A stretch of DNA of 64,000 nucleotides from an uncultured Bacilli bacterium (GTDB lineage: Bacteria; Bacillota_I; Bacilli_A; RF39; UBA660): positions 26,161-90,160 of the forward strand of contig CANROB010000001.1 of NCBI GenBank assembly GCA_947632115.1, read 5' to 3'. The position numbers and the translations under genes are program-made. Position 1 is the first letter of the stretch; every line of letters starts with the position of its first letter. Shown piece by piece: positions 1 through 9,031 of the stretch. The notes below the pieces were generated by a model. That model was not told the DNA's origin. It worked only from the letters and a program-made list of their open reading frames with translations, and did no database searches.

Positions 1-783
1 GCAGAATTCTTCCCTGCAGGAGGAAAGATTCCTATCAGTGTTGCTACAAATGCTCTTTTTTCTGTTGCGGATAATCCAAATATTCCTTATGCATTTGAAT
101 CAGAACTTCCACAACACTATTTTTTTGAAACGATTCCTGATGATAAGAAAGTTCTATTAATTGCAGATAAAGATAGACTTCAATATATTAGTAAATGTTT
201 AAATGGGTTTAGAGAAAACTTTAAGCCAAATGTTCAAGTATGGCCAATTGAGGATAAAGAAAAACGTTTTGATTTAATGTGTCAGTATTTAGCTGCTTAT
301 ATTAATCAAGATGCATATGATTTAATTATTGCTGATTGTGAACTTTATAATGAACAAATAGAACCAAAAACGATGGATCAATTAAGAAAAAATATGACAG
401 GTGTGGATAATGTTTTAAATGTTGCCTATACAAGAGGAATGGAGAAAGGTTATACCCTTTATGCTACTTCTTTCTATGGTATTAAGACGAAACTTTTATT
501 GACAACGACTTATGAGGAAGTTGACTTCTCTCAAAAGACACCATTCTTAGTAGCTGGAAAAGATGTTTCAAGGACCAATACTTCTCTACAAATCGATGGT
601 AATATTACACAAGTAGCGCAAGTTATGCTTAGAAACTTAGGTGTTAATGTATCTGCGCCTTTAGTAGGTGCAAAAGCTACAGAAAAAGTAAAAAAGAAGA
701 TGCTTCCTATCATTATTCTTATTCTAGCAATATTTGCTATCTTCGTTGTTTTTGCTCTACTTTATATTACTGGTGTCATTTAA
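1..783 (+). CDS. 5'-truncated hypothetical protein with a C-terminal transmembrane anchor (tail-anchored). Frame 1 is open from position 1, so the gene begins upstream of the window.
   Basis: Frame 1 is open from nt 1 to the stop at 781-783. The C-terminal hydrophobic stretch is LPIIILILAIFAIFVVFALLYI. No recognisable family motif. Confidence 0.4.
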   Translation, partial: AEFFPAGGKIPISVATNALFSVADNPNIPYAFESELPQHYFFETIPDDKKVLLIADKDRLQYISKCLNGFRENFKPNVQVWPIEDKEKRFDLMCQYLAAYINQDAYDLIIADCELYNEQIEPKTMDQLRKNMTGVDNVLNVAYTRGMEKGYTLYATSFYGIKTKLLLTTTYEEVDFSQKTPFLVAGKDVSRTNTSLQIDGNITQVAQVMLRNLGVNVSAPLVGAKATEKVKKKMLPIIILILAIFAIFVVFALLYITGVI

Positions 784-882
784 GGTATTCTAAAAGAATA
801 CCTTTTTTATCATCTATTGATGGATAAGATAGAAAATGGTATACTTTTAGTAAGAATAAGAGTCATCTATTAGGAGGTATTT

Positions 883-1515
883 GTGGTAAAGGGATTAGAA
901 AAGTTGATTGTGGTATTTGGCATTTTTCTTTTTTTATTACTTCTCATTTTAGGAAATGTGGTAAATAGTGAAACTTTATCACTCATTTTTGCTTCTCTTT
1001 TACCATTTTTTCTTTTACCTATGCGAAATCTTCTTTTTATGAGAAAAAGAAAAATGACTATTTTTTATGCTCTGATAGAACTTTTGGTACTTCTTTTTGC
1101 GTTAGGGTCAACGGTAGTCCTTTTTCTAGCAGACTGTTCTTTTATCCCTAGGACAACGATAATTGTTTTCGTGTGGATTATATCCTTTGCTTGTATGGCA
1201 GTTTTAAGTATACCTGGCTTTTTTATGAAAAAAGAAAAAGAATTGCTGCCTATAGAGAATCATTGGTTCTCCTATCTTTTATTATTAGCGCCTAGCTTGT
1301 GTACGTTGTTTTCAGATATGCTGTCTCTTTTTGATTTACTTTTTATTGCTTCTTTTTTAGTTGGTTGGCTAAAAAATAAAGATATCTATTTACGAGTGGA
1401 GTATCAAAAATGGTATGGTATCCTCTTTGTTTTAGCTATATTGGCGCATCATAATCTAGCGATTCTTCTTTTACCTATCCTATATTTTCAATTAGATAAG
1501 GAACCAAGTCATTAA
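883..1515 (+). CDS. Polytopic integral membrane protein, function unknown.
   Basis: GTG start at 883 with an AGGAGG RBS 5 nt upstream. There are multiple hydrophobic helices. A long hairpin terminator follows at 1558-1612. Confidence 0.45.
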   Translation: MVKGLEKLIVVFGIFLFLLLLILGNVVNSETLSLIFASLLPFFLLPMRNLLFMRKRKMTIFYALIELLVLLFALGSTVVLFLADCSFIPRTTIIVFVWIISFACMAVLSIPGFFMKKEKELLPIENHWFSYLLLLAPSLCTLFSDMLSLFDLLFIASFLVGWLKNKDIYLRVEYQKWYGILFVLAILAHHNLAILLLPILYFQLDKEPSH

Positions 1516-1557
1516 TAAAAAAGATATCCTTCTAAAAATAAATAAAGGAAGTATTGT

Positions 1558-1612
1558 AAAGAACGATTTTAAAGAAAGTACAATCTTTTTTAAAAGAATC
1601 GTTCTTTTTTCT
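1558..1612 (+). terminator. Rho-independent terminator: a long imperfect hairpin followed by a T-run.
   Basis: The arms aagaacgattttaaaga and tcttttttaaaagaatcgttctt are inverted repeats, followed by ttttttcta. Confidence 0.5.
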
Positions 1613-1685
1613 ACGGAGAAAAGGAAAAATGGATATTTTTCTTTTCTTTTTGTTCTTGCTATGATGGCTGTTAGGGGGAGATAAT

Positions 1686-2600
1686 ATGCTTATTCCATTA
1701 AAAGATAGTACGTTAGATCTTACTAAAGTAAGAGAAGTTTCCTATGCCAAGGGAAGTAAAATAGAAAGATTTCAAGAAGGATCTATTATTCCTATTGTGT
1801 ATGATGGGATGTTTAAAACTTTATTTTCAAGAGAAGAAAATATTAAGTTTCCTTGTAAATTACTTTCTTATCTTTTAGATATTCCTTATGAAGAGTTACT
1901 AAATTACGTGCATTTTACAAAAAATGAAACAGGTAGCAAGGGAAAAGGGATGAGTTATCGTCAAGATTTAGTCATAGAATTAAAAGGAGCATTTATTAAT
2001 GTAGAGATGAATAATAATCCGAGTGCGGTTATTCGCGAGAGAAACTTATCCTATTTATTTCATCTAAGAGAAGATAAAAAGAAAGAGGAAGAATATCGTG
2101 AAGTGATTCAAGTAAATCTCAATAACTACTGTTATAAAGAAGATGATACGGTAAGAAGAGATTATGGGATTGTAGGAGAAGATGGAAGTCTTCTTACAAA
2201 TAAGGTTATCATTATTGATATCTATCTACCGAATATCCGAAAAAAATGTTATAATAAAAAGGAAGAATTAACAGAGATGGAAAGATTCTTGTTAATAGGG
2301 ATAGAAGAGAACCAAAAGAAAGCATTGGAGTATGTAGGAGGAGATATCGTCATGAAGGAATTTAGTGAGAATATCAAAAGAAGTAGTGAGGAATGGGACT
2401 TAATAGAAGCATATGATAAAGAATGGGCCATGAAAGATTGGGGAAGACAAGAAGGAAGAAGAGAAGGTATCAAAGAAGGTAAATATAAGGAAAAGTTGAG
2501 TATTGCCAAAGGATTATTTAAAAAAGGAATTGATATTTCGATTATTGCGGATTGTACAGGTCTAACGGAAAAAGAAATTTTAGAATTAAAAGAAGGGTAA
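1686..2600 (+). mobile_element. Rpn/YhgA-like PD-(D/E)XK recombination-promoting nuclease, a putative transposase family member.
   Basis: 304 aa. The C-terminal repeated motif EGRREGIKEGKYKEKLSIAKGLFKKGIDISIIADCTGLTEKEILELK is typical of the Rpn/transposase_31 family C-terminus. No flanking inverted repeats were found. Confidence 0.5.
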
Positions 2601-2663
2601 CTTCTTTTTTTTCATATTTCTAAAACTTCTTCATATAGTTAAATGAAAGAAAGTAGGGAATAT

Positions 2664-4127
2664 ATGGAAAAAACGGATATTATAAAAAGTATAACAACAA
2701 GAACAGGTGGAGATTTATATTTAGGAGTAGTAGGTGCAGTGAGAACTGGTAAGAGTACCTTTATTAAGAAGTTTATTGAAAATTTGGTAGTACCTAATAT
2801 CAAAGATGAATATGAAAGAAAAAGATGCTTAGATGAAATCCCACAATCTGCACAAGGAAAAACCATTATGACAACAGAACCGAAATTTGTTCCAAGTAGT
2901 GCGGCCATGATTAAAATTGATGATTTCGAAACATCTGTTAGGTTAGTCGATTGCGTAGGTTATGTGATTGATGGGGCTAAGGGATATGAGGATGAAAATG
3001 GACCTAGAATGGTACGTACGCCTTGGTATGATGAAGAGATTCCTTTTGTTGAGGCTGCTGAGATTGGAACTGAAAAAGTGATACGGGATCACTCTAGTAT
3101 TGGAATTGTTGTGACGACAGATGCTTCTTTTGGAGAGATTCCAAGAAGTAGCTATGTAGAGGCAGAAGAAAGAGTGATAGGGGAACTTAAAAGCATTGGA
3201 AAACCCTTTATTGTTCTTTTAAATTCTGCTCATCCAATGTTACCGGAAACAGAAAATTTAGCGAATAAAATGAGGGAAGAATATCAAGTACCTGTTTTAC
3301 CTATTAGCGCTGAAAATTTAAATGAAAAAGATGTATATCAAATTTTAAAAGAAGCATTATACGAATTTCCTGTTTTAGAGGTAGAAGTCAATATGCCAGA
3401 TTGGATTGCTTGTTTAGAGCCTAACAATTGGCTTAAAAAAGTTTATATGGATAAGATTCGTGAAAGTGTTGTAGAAGTAGATAAACTAAGAGATATTGAT
3501 ACCATTACGAGACATTTTGAAGCTTGTGACTATATTACAAAATCTTATATTTCTAATGTAGATACTTCAACAGGGGTTGTGACGATTAATTTACAAGCAA
3601 GTGATGAACTATATAATCAAGTGTTAAAAGAGATTGTTGGTAGAGAAATATCTAGTAGGGCTGACATTATTTCTTTATTCCAAGAATATAATGAGGCAAA
3701 AACAGAGTATGACCATATTAAAGGAGCCCTAGCTATGGTTAAGAAAACGGGTTATGGGGTAGCTAGTCCAACATTACAAGATATGAAATTAGAGACCCCA
3801 GAAGTGATTAAACAGGGAAGCCGTTATGGTATTAAATTAAAAGCCGTTGCGCCTTCCATTCATATGATTCGTGTAGATGTGGAATCTACTTTTGAACCAA
3901 TCATTGGCTCTGAGGTACAGAGTAAAGAATTAATTGATTATCTCATGAAAGATCAAGATAATATATGGAAGAGTGAAATTTTTGGAAGAAGTTTAGATGT
4001 GATTGTAAAAGAAGGAATTCAGGCTAAGATTTCCTTAATGCCAGAAGGAGCACGATATAAACTTCAACAAACGTTATGTAAATTAGTCAATAAAGGATCT
4101 GGTAATTTATTTACTTTAGTCATTTAA
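2664..4127 (+). CDS. spoIVA: Stage IV sporulation protein A (SpoIVA), the spore-coat morphogenetic ATPase.
   Basis: The N-terminus MEKTDIIKSITTRTGGDLYLGVVGAVRTGKSTFIKKFIENLVVPNI matches the SpoIVA signature including the Walker A motif GAVRTGKST. Length is about 490 aa. A start at 2664 (MEK) is preferred over 2643. Confidence 0.85.
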   Translation: MEKTDIIKSITTRTGGDLYLGVVGAVRTGKSTFIKKFIENLVVPNIKDEYERKRCLDEIPQSAQGKTIMTTEPKFVPSSAAMIKIDDFETSVRLVDCVGYVIDGAKGYEDENGPRMVRTPWYDEEIPFVEAAEIGTEKVIRDHSSIGIVVTTDASFGEIPRSSYVEAEERVIGELKSIGKPFIVLLNSAHPMLPETENLANKMREEYQVPVLPISAENLNEKDVYQILKEALYEFPVLEVEVNMPDWIACLEPNNWLKKVYMDKIRESVVEVDKLRDIDTITRHFEACDYITKSYISNVDTSTGVVTINLQASDELYNQVLKEIVGREISSRADIISLFQEYNEAKTEYDHIKGALAMVKKTGYGVASPTLQDMKLETPEVIKQGSRYGIKLKAVAPSIHMIRVDVESTFEPIIGSEVQSKELIDYLMKDQDNIWKSEIFGRSLDVIVKEGIQAKISLMPEGARYKLQQTLCKLVNKGSGNLFTLVI

Positions 4128-4165
4128 AAAGACTTCACATCAATTTGATGTGAAGTCTTTTTTTA
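4128..4165. terminator. Bidirectional rho-independent terminator between the convergent genes spoIVA and ponA.
   Basis: aaaaagacttcacatcaatttgatgtgaagtcttttttt has a perfect 11-bp stem flanked by an A-run and a T-run. Confidence 0.7.
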
Positions 4166-6994
4166 AACCGTTGGTGTTTCTTGGTCTTCAGGATCTGGAT
4201 CTGTTGGAATGATAGGACTTCCATTACCGGTTGCTTGAATGGTTGCTCCATCACTCATATTGGTTTTAAATTTTGAATAACAAGTCTTAACGACTAGAGT
4301 AACATTTCCATATTGTCCTGACACAACATAATTTGTATTCGATGTCCAATCTAGCAAGGTTAATCCAGAATCGGTTTGAACGTAAATATTATATCCAAGA
4401 GTACCCAAGGTACTTACATTTTCGTTATAAATTTTATTGACATAAGAGTTGAGGGCACTACTTGTATTGAAAGCACTTTGATTAAGTTTTTTAATGACAT
4501 CTTTATTTAATGCATCTGGTGTATTAATAGGACTCCAAGATAGAGTAATGGTACCATCTAAATTAGAGGTAGCTTGTAGATTACTTACTTTATCCAGTTT
4601 AGCAAATCTAGTAGAAGTGGTAGCAGGTTCTGTTCCCGCTACAAAGTATTCTTCTTTAATATATTTCTTTGGTGTATATTCGCTTGGAAGCTGTAAAGTA
4701 GCAGAACCGGTTTCAATTTTTACTTTGGTTACCGTATCTGGCATCTTCCAATCGGTTTTATCCTTGAAGATTCCTTTAGCGACAGCTTGGAATAATCTAG
4801 TATGTTGCATACTAGCAAGTAAGTTGTATCCATCTGCAATCGAAGGATATCCATACCACATACCAATGGCATATTTGGTATTATAACCACAAACCCAATA
4901 ATGACCAACCGCTTTTGCAGGAAGGTTCCATTTTTTCTTGGTTGCGGCATCAAAGTTTGCTGTACCTGTTTTACCAGCGTAAGGAACCCCGTTAATATTT
5001 TTATATTTTCCTGAGTCAATACCATAAGCAGCGGCATCTTGTAACATATTGGTAACAAGATAAGCAGTAGAATCATTCATGACTTGTTTGGTTTCTTTGG
5101 AATTGGTAATCACCTCAGAGGTACCACCCATCACAATCTTTGTAACAGAATAAGGTTCTGTATAATATCCACCGTTTGCGAATGCTGCATAAGCAGCGGC
5201 CATAGAAAGAGGAGTTTCTCCTTCATAACCACCAATCGCATGGGCTTCGTGGAAATTACTTTCTGGGTGAAGACCTAACTTTTGAACGAACGTTTTAATG
5301 TCTGCCTTATTTAGTTTTTGGAATGTCTTTAAGGCTGGAATATTTCGTGATAATTTTAATTGTTGTCGAATGGTATCATATCCTCTAAAGGTACCATCAG
5401 CATTATTGATAGGAGTGCCATCACTATAGGTTATTTTCTCATCGGCAATAGGAGTTGCTGGAGACCAGTTCTCAAATTCAATCGCAGGGCCGTAATCATA
5501 AAGTGGTTTTGCTGTTGATCCAATTTGTCTTAAGTAATGTTCATCCGTTGCCCAGTTAATATTTCCGTCTACAGAGGTATCTCTATTTCCGCCAACAGCA
5601 ACGAGTGCTCCTGTATTGACATCGACAACGGCAATTCCGGCTTGGACTTTTTTGTTTTCCCATTTATAACTTTTTCCGGTCATGATTTTTCCAACATGAT
5701 ATTGTAGTGTTTTATCAAAGGTGGTATAAATTTTCATGGAAGTAAGTCTAGGATTTTCTCCTGTTAATTCTTTTACTTCTTCTACTACCGTATCAACAGC
5801 AGAACGAATCTCTCCGTCCATCGGATCGGCATTGGAAGTAACTCCTGTCCCCGTTACAATTTTATCAACCGTTAATTTCTTAGCGATATCATATTCTTTT
5901 TCGGTAATGTAACCATGTCTTTTTAATAAACCAAGAACGGTTATTCTTCTAGACTCAGCAGCTTCTGGATGGAAAAATGGATCATATCTAGAAGGAGCTT
6001 GATACATACCGGCTAAAAGAGCGGCTTCTGAGATATTGATATCCTTAGCGCTTTTTCCAAAATACATTTGGGCGGCAGCTTCTAGACCATAAGTAGAACC
6101 CATCTGGTTACTATTAATATAAAATTCAATAATTTCTTCTTTGGTATAAGTTGGCTCAATTTTAAACATTGCTACATAAATATCTTGAAATTTACGGATA
6201 ATTCCTTCCATACCTTCATCTTCTTTAGAAGTATAGGTATTTTTGGAAAGTTGCATGGTAAGGGTAGAAGCACCTCCACCTTCTCTTCCTCGGCTTAATA
6301 CTTGTTTAATAGAAGCTACTAAGAATCTTTGAAGGTCAAATCCATTATGTTGGAAAAATTTAGCATCCTCAGTAGCCACTAAGGCATTTAGATAAACCTC
6401 GGGTATTTCATCATACGTAATGATATCTCTTTTTTGTAGTCCAATCGTTGCCATAAGAGAGCCGTCTTTCCAATAAACGGTAGTTGGTTCGGTAGAATAT
6501 AATTTTTCAGGATTAAATTCTGGTGCGTGTTCTACAATATAAGAACAAAAAGCGGCGACACCAATCACACCTGCCATAAAACATAGGCAGCAGAAAATTA
6601 AGAAACATTGGAAAATTCGAAGAGCGATATGTCTTTTCTTTTTTTCTTTTTTTGGCTTTTCTTTTGTTTTTCCCTTTTTCTTCATTTCTTCTTCATCTCC
6701 TACTACTACAATTTCATCATCTTTCTTATATTCATGGACGATTTTATTTTCTTCCTTTTTAGGAAGTACTATTTTTTCTTCCTGTTTTTTCTTTTTTTCT
6801 TTTTGAATGTTATGGAATACCCTAGTTGCGATATCTTTAATTTCTACCCGAAAGAAAATCACATCTAAGATAAGTACCAAAAGAAAAGTTGGCAGAAATC
6901 CAATCGCTAGAGTACCAACGATTAGAACTAAAATGCTCATGATGATGACAACTAAGGATGTGGGATTTTTTAATTTTCTAGTTTTTGGTTTCAT
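4163..6994 (-). CDS. ponA: Class A penicillin-binding protein 1A/1B (glycosyltransferase GT51 plus transpeptidase), with an N-terminal extension containing an extra TM segment and a lysine-rich stretch, and a C-terminal FN3-like tail.
   Basis: GT51 motifs EDAKFFQHNGFD and GASTLTMQLSKN are present. Transpeptidase motifs are STAKP (SxxK), SYN-like and KTGTA. It sits in the recU-ponA operon arrangement as in B. subtilis. Confidence 0.85.
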   Translation of the reverse strand: MKPKTRKLKNPTSLVVIIMSILVLIVGTLAIGFLPTFLLVLILDVIFFRVEIKDIATRVFHNIQKEKKKKQEEKIVLPKKEENKIVHEYKKDDEIVVVGDEEEMKKKGKTKEKPKKEKKKRHIALRIFQCFLIFCCLCFMAGVIGVAAFCSYIVEHAPEFNPEKLYSTEPTTVYWKDGSLMATIGLQKRDIITYDEIPEVYLNALVATEDAKFFQHNGFDLQRFLVASIKQVLSRGREGGGASTLTMQLSKNTYTSKEDEGMEGIIRKFQDIYVAMFKIEPTYTKEEIIEFYINSNQMGSTYGLEAAAQMYFGKSAKDINISEAALLAGMYQAPSRYDPFFHPEAAESRRITVLGLLKRHGYITEKEYDIAKKLTVDKIVTGTGVTSNADPMDGEIRSAVDTVVEEVKELTGENPRLTSMKIYTTFDKTLQYHVGKIMTGKSYKWENKKVQAGIAVVDVNTGALVAVGGNRDTSVDGNINWATDEHYLRQIGSTAKPLYDYGPAIEFENWSPATPIADEKITYSDGTPINNADGTFRGYDTIRQQLKLSRNIPALKTFQKLNKADIKTFVQKLGLHPESNFHEAHAIGGYEGETPLSMAAAYAAFANGGYYTEPYSVTKIVMGGTSEVITNSKETKQVMNDSTAYLVTNMLQDAAAYGIDSGKYKNINGVPYAGKTGTANFDAATKKKWNLPAKAVGHYWVCGYNTKYAIGMWYGYPSIADGYNLLASMQHTRLFQAVAKGIFKDKTDWKMPDTVTKVKIETGSATLQLPSEYTPKKYIKEEYFVAGTEPATTSTRFAKLDKVSNLQATSNLDGTITLSWSPINTPDALNKDVIKKLNQSAFNTSSALNSYVNKIYNENVSTLGTLGYNIYVQTDSGLTLLDWTSNTNYVVSGQYGNVTLVVKTCYSKFKTNMSDGATIQATGNGSPIIPTDPDPEDQETPTV

Positions 6995-7556
6995 TTTTCA
7001 CCTCTATGAATTTTAAATAATCTAGTCTAGGACGTAATCCAAGGGGAATTGCAATTCCGTATTTTTGAAAGTATGTTCTGGGAATGGATTTTCTCTTTTC
7101 TTGATCGATAAAACGAAAAAAATCCTCTCCTTTTAATAAATAAGTTTCATCGTAAGATGTAAAACGTACAATCAAAAATCCAATTCCTCCGTGTTTTATG
7201 ATTCTACGTAAATGAACAATTTGATGTTCATGGATATTGGATAGGGGAAAACTGGTTTTATGAGCTGTTTCTTTGGCCTCAAAATCAATATATTTTCCCT
7301 GATAAATTCCATTATAATCCGTGGTGGATGGAATCGTGAATCTAGCATCTTTAATAATAGCATCTTTTCTTGAAACATAATCCACTTTATGAATCGTAAT
7401 AGGGGTTGGCTTTTTATAAATAATAGCGATATCACTTTCCCGATAATATTCATTTGTTACATTCAAATCTTCTTCAAGCGTCATTCCACGATTGGCATGA
7501 GAAGTAAGAATTTTATATTCTTTTTGAATGCCATTTGGATACTTCACATTCCTCAC
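6978..7556 (-). CDS. recU: Holliday junction resolvase RecU.
   Basis: 192 aa, with FEAKETAHKTSFPLSNIHEHQ matching the RecU catalytic region. It lies immediately upstream of ponA and overlaps it by 17 nt, the same gene order as B. subtilis recU-ponA. Confidence 0.8.
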   Translation of the reverse strand: MRNVKYPNGIQKEYKILTSHANRGMTLEEDLNVTNEYYRESDIAIIYKKPTPITIHKVDYVSRKDAIIKDARFTIPSTTDYNGIYQGKYIDFEAKETAHKTSFPLSNIHEHQIVHLRRIIKHGGIGFLIVRFTSYDETYLLKGEDFFRFIDQEKRKSIPRTYFQKYGIAIPLGLRPRLDYLKFIEVKNETKN

Positions 7557-7652
7557 CTAGAAGTATTATACTATAAATTAAAAATTATTTCCACTTTCCA
7601 CTAGTATTCGACAAATGTTGTTCACACTCTTTTCTATAGTGATATTGAGGTG

Positions 7653-7772
7653 ATGAGTTTGGAAAGAAAAAAACATGTGGAAGAGATGTTTAATACCATG
7701 ATTAATGATGTGAATTATATCAAACTAAGTACTTATCAAATCGGGCAAAAAGATAAACGTAGGAATGTTTGA
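7653..7772 (+). CDS. Possible small ORF (39 aa, MSLERKKHVEEMFNTMINDVNYIKLSTYQIGQKDKRRNV) ending in a terminator hairpin. Very tentative.
   Basis: The ATG at 7653 has GAGGTG immediately upstream, with almost no spacer. The stop is at 7770-7772, inside a 19-bp perfect palindrome followed by a T8 run. It is not in the ORF track because it is under 60 aa. Confidence 0.2.
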   Translation: MSLERKKHVEEMFNTMINDVNYIKLSTYQIGQKDKRRNV

Positions 7773-7790
7773 CAAACATTCTTTTTTTTG
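7762..7790 (+). terminator. A 19-bp perfect palindrome GAATGTTTGACAAACATTC followed by a T8 run. It is an intrinsic terminator and/or an operator overlapping the -35 TTGACA of the gpsB promoter.
   Basis: A perfect inverted repeat ggaatgtttgacaaacattc is followed by ttttttttgagataat, which is a -10-like GATAAT. Confidence 0.45.
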
Positions 7791-7825
7791 AGATAATATG
7801 GAGGAAATAAAGAGAGGTGGATAGT

Positions 7826-8155
7826 ATGTATCAAGATCGAGTTATGCTTACTAGCAAAGATATTCTAGAAAAAGATTTTAAGATTGATACAAGAGGGTAT
7901 CGACCACAAGAAGTAGATCGTTTCCTTGACATGATTATTAAAGATTATGATGAAATGTCAACGATTATCCGCGAGTTAGAAGAAGATAAAAAAGAATTGT
8001 TAGAGGATAATATTCGCTTAAAAAAGGAGGTTCGTAATCTCCGTACGAAGTTAGATGTTATCTCAGAGAATGATTCTGCAGGCGCAAGTGGAGCGAATGC
8101 CGATTTGCTTCGTAGATTATCGAATCTAGAAAAAATAATATATGGAAAAGAATAA
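7826..8155 (+). CDS. gpsB: Cell-cycle protein GpsB (DivIVA-domain).
   Basis: SKDILEKDFKIDTRGYRPQEVDRFLD matches the GpsB/DivIVA N-terminal domain. It is adjacent to rnpB and recU as in B. subtilis. The ATG at 7826 has a GAGGTGG RBS. Confidence 0.8.
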   Translation: MYQDRVMLTSKDILEKDFKIDTRGYRPQEVDRFLDMIIKDYDEMSTIIRELEEDKKELLEDNIRLKKEVRNLRTKLDVISENDSAGASGANADLLRRLSNLEKIIYGKE

Positions 8156-8511
8156 TATTTCAGGCAAACGCTGTATAGGATACTATATAGAGGAAAGTCC
8201 ATGCTCGCACAGTCTGTAATGATTGTAGTGTTCGTGTAGGGGGAAAAAATAACCCCTAGTAGCAATTGCTAACGGCTCTGGAAAGACCTAAGTTTTTAAA
8301 TATGGTTAAGTACAGTATAAAAGTGCTATAGCGACGATGCCCTAGAGAAATTTAGGGAGTGGAACGTAGTAAACCCCGCGAGCGAGAAACCCAAATTTTG
8401 GTAGGGGAGCTCTAATGAAGGAAAAAAACGGAGTTAGGGACCAAGCAATTGGTAGATAAATGTTTGCCACCCTAGTGGTACAGAACATGGCTTAGGAAGT
8501 GTTATTATTTT
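8148..8511 (+). ncRNA. rnpB: RNase P RNA, bacterial type B.
   Basis: Conserved P4 strand GAGGAAAGUCCAUGCUCGCAC at 8189-8210. Also present are AGUAAACCCCGCGAGCGAGAAACCCAAAUUUUGGUAGGGGA and the 3' ACAGAACAUGGCUUA. It is located directly after gpsB as in B. subtilis. Confidence 0.85.
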
Positions 8512-8529
8512 AGAATTGAGGTTTTTCAA

Positions 8530-9030
8530 ATGAAGGAGATAGGAGAGAAGTTACAAGAGGCAAGAGTCAGTATGGGAATTTCCATTGAAGAGGCAGCAGA
8601 AGATTTAAAACTGAAACCATCTCAACTAGAAAATATCGAAGCAGGAAATCGAGATGCCTTCAAAGATATTTTTTATTTGAAATATTTTATTCGTGATTAT
8701 GCGAAATATTTAGGACTAGATTATGAAGAAATGGTAGAAGATTTTAACGAGTTTGTTTTTGATTATACTTCTAAGATATCGCTAGAGGATATCAAAAAAG
8801 CGAATAAGAAAAGTGAAAAAAAACAAGCTAAGAAAAAAATTTCTTCTCCTTATACAGTAGAGGAAAAACAAAAAAGACCAATGCTCTTTTTTGGGATTGT
8901 AAGTGCTCTTATTTTACTTATTTGTATAGGAATTTTTATTGCAATTGTTGCCTTTAAAGATAAAAATGGCGATAATGAGGTCAACGATATTAATTCTAAG
9001 ACAGAAGTCTCTTATGAATTGGTGGGATAA
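8530..9030 (+). CDS. rodZ: RodZ-like cytoskeleton protein: an N-terminal XRE-type HTH plus a single TM segment, in a short form.
   Basis: The HTH is LQEARVSMGISIEEAAEDLKLKPSQLENIE and the TM is LFFGIVSALILLICIGIFIAIVAF. It is located upstream of pgsA as ymfM/rodZ is in B. subtilis. Confidence 0.55.
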   Translation: MKEIGEKLQEARVSMGISIEEAAEDLKLKPSQLENIEAGNRDAFKDIFYLKYFIRDYAKYLGLDYEEMVEDFNEFVFDYTSKISLEDIKKANKKSEKKQAKKKISSPYTVEEKQKRPMLFFGIVSALILLICIGIFIAIVAFKDKNGDNEVNDINSKTEVSYELVG

Positions 9031-9031
9031 T

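Noticed and set aside
4494-5278. Several + strand ORFs (4494..4886, 5084..5278) and a − strand ORF 4729..5076.
   Set aside because: All are embedded in or antisense to the well-supported ponA reading frame. They are alternative-frame artefacts.
6608-7016. ORFs 6608..6868 (+) and 6807..7016 (+), which are Phe-rich.
   Set aside because: They are antisense to the Lys-rich (AAA/AAG) N-terminal region of ponA. Poly-Phe is the mirror image of poly-Lys codons, and there is no RBS.
8939-9031. Long 239-aa version of pgsA starting at 8939.
   Set aside because: The extension overlaps the rodZ-like gene in another frame. The PgsA family N-terminus begins at the 9032 ATG, which has a GGTGGG RBS.
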